The notes under the pieces were generated by a model that was not told the origin of the DNA, searched no databases, and saw only the letters and a list, made by a program, of their open reading frames with translations. Of a DNA stretch of 64,000 nt, positions 9,590-17,317 are shown piece after piece (positions within the stretch are counted from its first letter, which is position 1; each line of letters starts with the position of its first letter). Made by a program: the position numbers and the translations under genes. Origin of the DNA: Candidatus Uhrbacteria bacterium (GTDB lineage: Bacteria > Patescibacteriota > Patescibacteriia > UBA9934 > GWF2-40-263); the NCBI GenBank assembly GCA_023246355.1, contig JAHFIQ010000005.1, forward strand, positions 3,086 through 67,085, in the 5' to 3' direction.

Positions 9590-10659
9590 AACATTTTTCA
9601 ACAGCCACCATCCAGATCATGATCCTTGCCATCGTCCTTGGGGCTGGGAGCGGAGTGATTGCCACCGCGCTCACCAACAGCGCCCTGTCCCAATATGCCT
9701 TTGAGTTGTCAAAACTCACCGAGCCGCTGAGGCTCACGCAAGCCCAACCTCGTGCTGTGCCGCAGGGCTACGAAGACGCACTCACGACCCTTCAAACCGA
9801 ATCGCTCAAAGCCGTTGGTTCTGTCTTTTCCTCTGCCATTCCTGCAACCGGATTTTCCACAGAGGCTGCGCTAGGCCCTGTTGTGGCTCTCACCTCAGAC
9901 GGCTGGATGCTTTCTGCATTTGGATCCGTCGCCTCGCAGGTCGCGCTTGGCGATCAGTCCTGTGTGATCGATGATGTGCGTGTCCATGGTTCAGGTCTAT
10001 CTTTTCTCCATTGTGAAACAAGCAACGCGCCAGTCGTTGATCTAGGAGAAGGCTATGATCTTGCTCCGGGGGATCAAGTGTTTGTCGTGGAAGGTCCTGA
10101 GCGTTTCGTGTTTACGAGTGTGAAGTCGCTCACATGGGGAGGGAGTCCTGTACAGGCTTCTGATGAGCCTTCACGTCGCATAGCGCTCAGCTTTGACTCA
10201 ACACTGAAAGCTGGATCACCGGTGTTTAATCTCTCTGGGGAACTGGTTGGTGTGATTGATCCAACTCACGATGAGCCATTGGTGATCCCCTTTGAGCATC
10301 TGGCGATCGCGTTTGAACAAGTGCTGGAAGGTCGTGAAGCATTTTCATCAAGCACGCTTGGAGTCAAGGCGATTGAGCTTTCGCACACCGTTGGGTTGCC
10401 AGAGGATGTCACGCACGGACTCAAGAGTGGTGCGTTGTTATTTGATCGTGGATCCGTGGTCGCCGGAGGCGCTGCGCAAACAGCAGGACTGTTGCGAGGG
10501 GATGTGATTCTTTCCTTTGATGGAGAAACGATCGGAGAGAATCGAACACTCGATGATTTGGTCGCACGTGTCATGCCTGGCGTCGAGGTTGTCTTGGTTG
10601 TGGATCGGGGCGGTGAGAGAATGGAATTCACGGTGACATTGGGGTCTTCGTCTAAGTGA
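9580..10659 (+). CDS. Trypsin-like (HtrA/S1C-like) domain protein with C-terminal PDZ domain
   Basis: Clear PDZ (GLKSGALLFDRGSVVAGGAAQTAGLLRGDVILSFDGETIG). N-terminal domain is trypsin-fold-like, but the GDSGGP serine motif appears as GSPVFNLSGELVGV, so it may be inactive. Confidence 0.45.
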   Translation: MDMKHFSTATIQIMILAIVLGAGSGVIATALTNSALSQYAFELSKLTEPLRLTQAQPRAVPQGYEDALTTLQTESLKAVGSVFSSAIPATGFSTEAALGPVVALTSDGWMLSAFGSVASQVALGDQSCVIDDVRVHGSGLSFLHCETSNAPVVDLGEGYDLAPGDQVFVVEGPERFVFTSVKSLTWGGSPVQASDEPSRRIALSFDSTLKAGSPVFNLSGELVGVIDPTHDEPLVIPFEHLAIAFEQVLEGREAFSSSTLGVKAIELSHTVGLPEDVTHGLKSGALLFDRGSVVAGGAAQTAGLLRGDVILSFDGETIGENRTLDDLVARVMPGVEVVLVVDRGGERMEFTVTLGSSSK

Positions 10660-11321
10660 GTTATAATAGTTCTGGTATGAGTCAACCAAATTATCTTCGT
10701 GACATCATGAGCTCCTGGCATTCGGTGGTCATGTTTGGATTGCTTGGTCTTGTGCTTGCGCTCATTGTCTCGTTCGTTCAACCACTTCGCTATTCTTCCA
10801 CCGCGCGATTGCTCATCTTGCAAGATGTGGGTTCAAGTGTGGATGCCTACACTGCCTCGCGTGCTGAGGAACGCATTGCAGATAATCTTTCAACCCTCTT
10901 GTACACGAGCACGTTTTTTGATCAGGTCATGAATGCGGGATTTGATATCGACCAAACGATTTTTCCAGACGACGATTCTAAAGCGAGAAAAGTTTGGGGC
11001 AACATGGTGAACGCGACCGTGGCACGCGGTTCAGGACTGTTATCCGTAACCGCCTATCACCGCGACGTTGATCAGGCTGAACAAATCGTCCGAGCGATTG
11101 CACTGGTCCTCACAGAGCATGTCGATGAGTACACGTCAGGCGGGAGCGTTTCTGTGCGTCTTGTGGACGAGCCGCTGAATTCTCGGTGGCCGGTGAAGCC
11201 GAATATTTTGGTGAATATATTATCTGGGTTTATCCTAGGCGGCTTTGTTGGAATAGGGTTTGTCATGTTGCAAACCCAGCGTATTCGCCGTCGGCATCAG
11301 CTGGTGCATGAAGAATTTTAG
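10656..11321 (+). CDS. Wzz-like polysaccharide chain-length determinant family protein
   Basis: N-terminal TM, periplasmic domain, and C-terminal TM (ILVNILSGFILGGFVGIGFVMLQ) as in Wzz/GumC-type proteins. Confidence 0.5.
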   Translation: MSYNSSGMSQPNYLRDIMSSWHSVVMFGLLGLVLALIVSFVQPLRYSSTARLLILQDVGSSVDAYTASRAEERIADNLSTLLYTSTFFDQVMNAGFDIDQTIFPDDDSKARKVWGNMVNATVARGSGLLSVTAYHRDVDQAEQIVRAIALVLTEHVDEYTSGGSVSVRLVDEPLNSRWPVKPNILVNILSGFILGGFVGIGFVMLQTQRIRRRHQLVHEEF

Positions 11322-11877
11322 GTGGAGCAGGTGGCACAGGTGGATCAGGTGGTTAGATCCACCTTTTCTACCTAGTCCACCTTACCCACCTACCTAAAAA
11401 GCCCACATTGAGAACCTTCTTACTGGCGGATCGACGCGAGGAGGAGACGCGTGGAGCGCTGTGAGAAGGCCCTCAAAACGGGCTCTTTTTGTTTTCCTTT
11501 GGTTACTCTTGGCCGGCAAAAGGGTACCAAATACGTCAAAAAGCGTCAATTGCCAGCACGGCTTTTCCTGCCAGCCGCTCTTGACAAAAATTGCTTCCCG
11601 TGCTATCTTTGGACGTTCACCGTGAGACAGAAAACCGTGAATTGAAGCGGTTTGATGTTCGCTCATGACACCTCCTCCTTGTCGTGACGTGAATATCAGA
11701 CCACTTGAGGCCATGGTCACAGCGAGTTGGATATCAAGATGTCCCACTTGCTGTGACTATGCGCTGAGTTCTCTACAACCAGCCTAAGTCAACAATCTGT
11801 GTAGGGAGGTGGATAAGGTAGAAGAGGTGGAAAAGGTGGATCTAACCACCTGATCCACCTACTCCACCTACGCCACC
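11321..11877. mobile_element. MITE/IVS-like unit bounded by ~75-bp inverted GGTGGA-repeat arms
   Basis: Arm 11321..11394 is the near-exact reverse complement of arm 11802..11877, with the core aggtggatcaggtggttagatccacct. The ~400-bp cargo has a promoter-like TTGACA-17-TATCTT (11582..11610) and a small ORF. Confidence 0.5.
11394..11666 (-). CDS. Hypothetical 90-aa ORF inside the GGTGGA-bounded unit
   Basis: Strong SD (AAGGAGGAGG) 6 nt upstream of ATG 11666. No recognisable domain. Confidence 0.2.
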   Translation of the reverse strand: MSEHQTASIHGFLSHGERPKIAREAIFVKSGWQEKPCWQLTLFDVFGTLLPAKSNQRKTKRARFEGLLTALHASPPRVDPPVRRFSMWAF

Positions 11878-12008
11878 TTTCCCAACACACCCGTCGTTCC
11901 CCAGTCAGGGGCCGACGGTTGGGGTCACGCGGCATCCTGCCGAGTGAAGCCCATAAACGGTCCCTGACGGGTGGACAGCCACCCCCTACCCAGCCTGGAG
12001 AAGAAGTC

Positions 12009-13376
12009 ATGCGTATCGTCCTCCTTGCCGGCATTGCCGGCCTCATCAGCAGCTCCGCGTTCGCCGCCAGCCCCCACCCCACCGCGCAGGATGCGGACGG
12101 TGACGGGTCCTTCGTCTCGACCATGGACGTCAACGGCGACGGCGCCAAGGACGCCAAGGACATCGGCGTGAAGGCTTCGGCCTACGACTGCGACGACGGA
12201 CACAAGTCCATCCACCCGGGCGCGACGGAAGTCGTCGGCGACGGGACGGACCAGGACTGCAACGGCTCGGACCTCACCATGCCCGTCACCGACGTGGTCT
12301 GGAAGCGGTTCATCGCCAACGAGTACAAGGGCCGTGCCCCGTCCGTGGCGGTGTTCGCCGCCGAGTACGCCCGGGTCACCGCGGCCAGCTCGCGCATGAG
12401 CATCGACGCGATCGACGGGAAGTTCAAGGTCAGCGATCCGGACGTGGACGCCTTCCGCGACATCTACATCGGAACCTCGAAGGTCCTCGGGACCGACGGC
12501 ATCCGTGAGATCGTCACCCTGGAGGAGGCCTCCCACTTCCGCGGCGGCAGCGCCAGCGGCGGCGGGGGAGTCTCCACGAAGACCGTGATCAAGCTCGCCG
12601 ACAAGAGCGCCGAGAAGGCCGTCAAGGTCGAAACCGAGGCGCGCCTCAAGTGGCAGGTCGAGCGCGAAGGCGAGCTCGCCGGGATCACCCAGGCGGTGAA
12701 CACGCACGGTGAGGACATCGAGAAGAACGCGGAGGCGATCGAAGCCGAAGCCGAGGCGCGAGCCGACGCGGACGAGGTGCAGGATCGCGACATCAAGGCC
12801 GCCAAGGATGCGGCCGACGGCGCGGTCTCGACCGCCAACTCGATGGCGTCCCGTGGCACGTTGATCGAGGGCTATGCCCTCGCCGGCGCGCTCGTGGGTT
12901 CGCCCGTGACCGACGACGACGACTTCGCCCGTCAACCCCTCGGTGGTGGTGTCGGAGCAGGCATCAACATCGGTGCGGATCTCGAGGAGTCCCGAGTGAA
13001 CGCCTTCGTCGACGCCTTCATCGGCGGCGACGGTGGAGCGGGCCCGGCCCACTCCGAGGCCGTCGGGATCGAAATCGTGCCAGACGATGGGATCCTCGGC
13101 ATCGACCGCCTGGGCGGGTTCCTCGCCTACAGCCAGCGTTCGTCGCAGCCCAACGCCCTCGAGACGCAGGTCTTGGGGCGCAACCCGCTCATCGGCATCA
13201 GCTACGTGAGTACGTTCTCCCCGAACGCGAAGAACGGCGCCCACGGACTGTTCCAGGTCCGTCTCGGCGTCGGTCCCGAGTTCCTCGGGATCGCGGGTGA
13301 TCACGTCTCCGACGAAGTCGGAGTCGCGGGTCGCCTGACCATCGCGATCGGCGGCGGCATCGGCGCCCTGAAGTAG
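12009..13376 (+). CDS. Secreted protein with MopE-like Cys/Asp metal-binding motif
   Basis: Signal peptide MRIVLLAGIAGLISSSAFAAS, motif DCDDGHKSIHPGATEVVGDGTDQDCNG. GGAGAAG RBS. First gene of the GC-rich island. Confidence 0.5.
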   Translation: MRIVLLAGIAGLISSSAFAASPHPTAQDADGDGSFVSTMDVNGDGAKDAKDIGVKASAYDCDDGHKSIHPGATEVVGDGTDQDCNGSDLTMPVTDVVWKRFIANEYKGRAPSVAVFAAEYARVTAASSRMSIDAIDGKFKVSDPDVDAFRDIYIGTSKVLGTDGIREIVTLEEASHFRGGSASGGGGVSTKTVIKLADKSAEKAVKVETEARLKWQVEREGELAGITQAVNTHGEDIEKNAEAIEAEAEARADADEVQDRDIKAAKDAADGAVSTANSMASRGTLIEGYALAGALVGSPVTDDDDFARQPLGGGVGAGINIGADLEESRVNAFVDAFIGGDGGAGPAHSEAVGIEIVPDDGILGIDRLGGFLAYSQRSSQPNALETQVLGRNPLIGISYVSTFSPNAKNGAHGLFQVRLGVGPEFLGIAGDHVSDEVGVAGRLTIAIGGGIGALK

Positions 13377-13465
13377 CAACAGCTACGACGACTTAGGCTG
13401 GTGATAAATCGTGGCTGACCTCGCCTTCCGCGGAGACACGCAAGCGGTCCACGCCATTCGCTACG

Positions 13466-13500
13466 CCTAGCCGGCTTCCTTGTGAAAACAGGGGAGCCGG
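13466..13500 (+). terminator. Putative intrinsic terminator
   Basis: ccggcttcc...ggggagccgg stem followed by tattaattttt. Confidence 0.35.
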
Positions 13501-13746
13501 TATTAATTTTTGCCTGGTTTTTTGGCTGTTTGAAGCCATTGACAAACTCATCTAAATCTGGTACCTTAGTCTCTTCGTTCATTGAAACAAAACCCAGCAA
13601 TTCTTACGAAAAGAAGGTTGTAGGTTATAGGGAGTACGGGAAGGAATCGAGAGATTTGTGCGCAGAGATAGACTCTGCTTACAAACCTCTCGATTCCAAC
13701 GGCGCAAACCCGCGCCCGAGGGTCGTCTCACCAAAAGGAGAGGATC

Positions 13747-14490
13747 ATGACCCGTTTCACGCCCTTCACGGTCCTCGTGGCCGCAATGTTTTTCAACGCC
13801 TGCACGCCGATCGACATCGGCGACGACAAGGACGACTGCGACAAGTGCTCGGACACCGACGCGGACACGGACGCCGATGCGGACACGGACGCCGACACCG
13901 ACGCCGATTCCGATTCGGACACCGACGCTGACAGCGGCGACCCGGATCAGGACGGCGACGGCTACAGCACCGAGCCCGACTGCGACGACGCCAACGACGA
14001 CGTCTACCCCGGTGCCGACGAGATCTGCAACGACATCGATGACAACTGCGACGGCCAGATCGACGAGGGATGCGAGGACGACTGGTCCGACTACATCTGG
14101 TCCAGCGGCGACTACGTGTACTTCTCGGACGACGGCTTCTCCGGCGAGATGTACCCCGGGGCGTCGGCCTACATGGTCGGCTACGGCGGTGATCTCGACT
14201 GGACGCTGGACTCGAGCTACAAGGTCTCGCCCTCCAGCGGTGCCTACGCATTCAACACGTCCGGTTGGGACCACGACTGTTACGAGGTGACCTTGGTCTC
14301 CTCGCTCCAGTCCAACGGCTCCGCGGCCACGTCGATCGACAACACCGGCGACTGGTGGGACAACTTCGACCTCTGCGAATCGGAATCCGATACCGCGGAC
14401 TCGTGGTGTTCCTACCAGGGCGGCTACAACTACCTCGTCGCCTTCTGCGTGACCTCCTCGGGGGTCGTGCCGGACGGTGACGGGATCTAG
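13747..14490 (+). CDS. Lipoprotein with (TDAD)n linker and MopE-like Cys/Asp repeat
   Basis: Lipobox FFNAC, DTDADTDADADTDADTDADSDSDTDAD linker, DCDDANDDVYPGADEICNDIDDNCDGQIDEGCED motif. AAAGGAGAGG RBS. Confidence 0.55.
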   Translation: MTRFTPFTVLVAAMFFNACTPIDIGDDKDDCDKCSDTDADTDADADTDADTDADSDSDTDADSGDPDQDGDGYSTEPDCDDANDDVYPGADEICNDIDDNCDGQIDEGCEDDWSDYIWSSGDYVYFSDDGFSGEMYPGASAYMVGYGGDLDWTLDSSYKVSPSSGAYAFNTSGWDHDCYEVTLVSSLQSNGSAATSIDNTGDWWDNFDLCESESDTADSWCSYQGGYNYLVAFCVTSSGVVPDGDGI

Positions 14491-14684
14491 CCTTCCCTCG
14501 CGGTTGGCAACGTCCCTGGATTTCGGGGCGTCCGTAGTAGGTAAGGGTGCTGGGTCCTCCGGTGGTTGCTGATGCGCGGGGTTGTTGGACGAGAACCCGC
14601 GCCCGCACCCATCTCTCACCTCCTGGTTTCGGGGCTCCCTACTTGCTACGGGCGCCCCCATTCCAGGAGGCGTTTTATTTTGTG

Positions 14685-14727
14685 GGGAGGTGGAAGAGGT
14701 GGATTAGGTGGAAGAGGTAGGGCAAGG
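14685..14727. repeat. GGTGGA-repeat arm (left) of the unit carrying the four-helix-bundle gene
   Basis: ggaggtggaagaggtggattaggtggaagaggtagggcaagg. Inverted partner at 15121..15147. Confidence 0.5.
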
Positions 14728-15082
14728 AGGAAAACGGAGTTTAACTGAAAGACTTGCAAGCATTCTTTGAAGCTCGTAGATGAGCGTCAACAAGTTGTCG
14801 TCGTCCCTTGCATATCCCAATCGCACACAGAGCAAAACTTGAGTATCGAGCTCTGCAAGTGAACCTCGGGCTATGGCAATAAAGTGAGAATAATCCCTTC
14901 GTGTTCCTCTTGACTTTCCTTCGGCTATGTTGGATGGAACTGATATGGCGGAGCGTCTCATTTGAGACACAAGACCAAATCGTTCATCAGCAGGTAAGGT
15001 CTTTGTAAGTTCATAAACTTTCTCAACAATAATCATTGCTTTTTGCCACACAAATAGATCCTTGTATTTGATGTAAGCCATA
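14704..15082 (-). CDS. Four-helix-bundle protein (23S rRNA IVS protein / Avd-like family)
   Basis: MAYIKYKDLFVWQKAMIIVEKVYELTKTLPADERFGLVSQMRRSAISVPSNIAEGKSRGTRRDYSHFIAIARGSLAELDTQVLL matches the IVS four-helix-bundle family motif pattern. Lower GC than the surrounding genes. Confidence 0.7.
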
Positions 15083-15120
15083 CCTTTTGGTGATTTTACC
15101 ACCTTTCCCTTATTAATCTG

Positions 15121-15147
15121 ATCCACCTAGTCCACCTTTTCCACCTC
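15121..15147. repeat. GGTGGA-repeat arm (right)
   Basis: atccacctagtccaccttttccacctc, inverted relative to 14685..14727. Confidence 0.5.
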
Positions 15148-15396
15148 ACAACCTATGTCCACAACTCTTGACAAAATCACTAAAATATGATATAGTAAGC
15201 CGTTCAATAATGAGCAATAAAGCCTCATTTATTGGGACAAAACACGGTTTTCAACAGGTTAGGAAAGGGTACAGGACTTGTCCGTTTTGAAGCGACAGCA
15301 TAGGCTGATGCGCAAAACGGATACGTCCTGGCCGCCTCGCCCCGAGGTGGTTCAACCCTCCCCGAATGGGGAACCCTGCAACCTGGAGAAGAACCC

Positions 15397-16896
15397 ATGT
15401 CCCGTATCACCCTCCTGGCCCTCGTGGGCCTTTCCGCCGGCTGTGGCTTCGAAGTCGAGCGCGACAACGACTGCAACGAGTGCAGCAACATCGTCCCCGC
15501 CGACGCGGACACCGACACGGACACGGACGCCGACAGCGACGCGGACACCGACACGGACACCGCCGAGCCCACCGAGCCGTACTACGACGCGGATCGCGAC
15601 GGCTACTCGACGCTGCTCGACTGCAACGATGCCGACGCGGCGATCAACCCCACCGCAACCGAGGTCTGCGACAGCGCGGACAACGACTGCGACGGCGAGA
15701 TCGACGAAGGCCTGGCGACCGCGAGCTACTACGTCGACAACGACGGCGACGGCTACGGAGCCGGCGAAGCGGTCGAGTTGTGCGAGGTGCCCGAGTCGGG
15801 CTACAGCTCGGTCAGCGGCGACTGCAATGACGCCGACTCCGCGTTCTACCCCGGCGCCGAGGACGTCCCCGGCGACGGCCTGGACACGGACTGCGACGAC
15901 GAGACCGAGCCTGCGGACACCGAGACCAGCGACGGCGAGGACGACACGACCGGCGACGAGCCGGAAGACGAGTCCGAGACGGACGAGGGTTCCGGGTCCA
16001 CCGAGACCGACGACGGTTCCGACGAGGAGCCCGCGGTCGACGCGGATGCGGACGGCTACAGCGTCGTGAGCGATTGCGACGATTCCGATCCCGCGATCAA
16101 CCCCGGCGCGTCCGAGATCCTCGACAACGAGGTCGACGAGGATTGCGACGGAATCGCCCAGGTCACCCCGACCGAGAACGACGTCGACGGCGACGGTTCG
16201 GAAGTCGGGAGCGACTGCGACGACAGCGACGCCAGCGTCAGCCCCGCGGCCACCGAGGTCTGCGACAGCGTGGACAACGACTGCGACGGCTCGATCGACG
16301 AGGGTGTCACGAGTACGTTCTACGCGGACGTCGATGGCGATGGCTACGGCGGCTCCACCTCGAGTGTGACCGCCTGCTCCGTGTCCAGCGGCTACGTCGG
16401 GAACAGCACCGATTGCGACGACAGCGATGCGAGCGTCAGCCCCGCGGCCACCGAGAGCTTCGACGAGCAGGACAACGACTGCGATTCGGAGATCGACGAG
16501 GACTGGCAGATCGTGGCCGAGGTGACCTACGGGTCCTCCGGCTACTACGTCTTGAACGCGCAGGTGTTCGACGACGTGGACGAGCTCGGCAGCGCGTGGG
16601 ATCCCGAGACCGACACCGAGTCCTCCGGGACCACGGTCGCGATCGAGTACGCCACCGCCGAGTACGGCGACCTGTCCGCCTCCTGCGGGCTGCGCCTGAA
16701 CGTGAGCGAGGGCAACCCCGCCACGGACTGGCTCTGCTCCGGCTCCGCCATCGACACCGCGGCCGCCTCGGTCGACGTGTGGTTCTCCGGCACCTGGTAC
16801 GACGAGAGCGATCTCGTGGTCTGGGACGCCGGTCTCGGGAACGGCTCCTGCTCCGCGCTGCTCGTGGTCTCCACCTCGAGCGACTGCCAGCCCTAG
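15397..16896 (+). CDS. Lipoprotein with multiple MopE-like Cys/Asp repeats
   Basis: Lipobox LSAGC, (TD)n acidic linker, at least 6 repeats of the CxDxDxxxxPGAxExCDxxDNDCDGxIDEG type. Confidence 0.55.
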   Translation: MSRITLLALVGLSAGCGFEVERDNDCNECSNIVPADADTDTDTDADSDADTDTDTAEPTEPYYDADRDGYSTLLDCNDADAAINPTATEVCDSADNDCDGEIDEGLATASYYVDNDGDGYGAGEAVELCEVPESGYSSVSGDCNDADSAFYPGAEDVPGDGLDTDCDDETEPADTETSDGEDDTTGDEPEDESETDEGSGSTETDDGSDEEPAVDADADGYSVVSDCDDSDPAINPGASEILDNEVDEDCDGIAQVTPTENDVDGDGSEVGSDCDDSDASVSPAATEVCDSVDNDCDGSIDEGVTSTFYADVDGDGYGGSTSSVTACSVSSGYVGNSTDCDDSDASVSPAATESFDEQDNDCDSEIDEDWQIVAEVTYGSSGYYVLNAQVFDDVDELGSAWDPETDTESSGTTVAIEYATAEYGDLSASCGLRLNVSEGNPATDWLCSGSAIDTAAASVDVWFSGTWYDESDLVVWDAGLGNGSCSALLVVSTSSDCQP

Positions 16897-16921
16897 GCTC
16901 GGCAGGCTAGCCCCGCTAGCG

Positions 16922-16968
16922 ACAAACACCACGTTGGTGCTCGTCGTCAGCGGGGTGTTTGTTTTAGA
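16922..16968 (+). terminator. Putative intrinsic terminator
   Basis: caaacacc...ggtgtttg stem followed by ttttag. Confidence 0.35.
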
Positions 16969-16970
16969 CA

Positions 16971-17090
16971 CACCTGCAAAACTCGCGATCTTGCGTTTCA
17001 CGGGGCCCCACCACCTCCTCAACGTAGTTTTCACTACGTCTCGGAGGCTGGCTTCCCCGTTCAACGCAATCTCATCGAGTTTTGCAGGTG
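16971..17090 (-). repeat. 118-120-nt long-hairpin repeat element, copy a (inverted orientation)
   Basis: About 90% identical to the copies at 45063..45178 and 49926..50043. Perfect 15-bp terminal inverted repeat cacctgcaaaactcg/cgagttttgcaggtg. Confidence 0.7.
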
Positions 17091-17317
17091 TGTCTTGGTC
17101 ATTTTTGGCTATTCTTAGCGGAACCTATTGACAATTCCTGTGTATCATGGTAAAAGAAGCAGTCAAAAACATGGTACTTTGAGCCTGATCGCGAGCTGGC
17201 TTTTGTGGGATCGACCCCCAAAAGCCAGGCCGAGATCTTCCCAATCTCTCACTACCCCGCTCAGGCCTGGGTAAGTCCTTAGCGGGACGAGAGAAAACCC
17301 CCAAGTAGGAGACGAAG

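Noticed and set aside
11925-13379. 484-aa minus-strand ORF mirroring the first MopE-like gene
   Set aside because: Arg/Gly/Val-rich low-complexity translation typical of antisense frames in >65% GC DNA. The plus strand has a signal peptide, MopE motif and RBS.
13805-13935. (GACACC/GACGCC)n TDAD-coding tandem repeats considered as a second DGR variable region
   Set aside because: This is a simple low-complexity acidic linker. No matching adenine-rich template copy exists and the variation is not A-specific.
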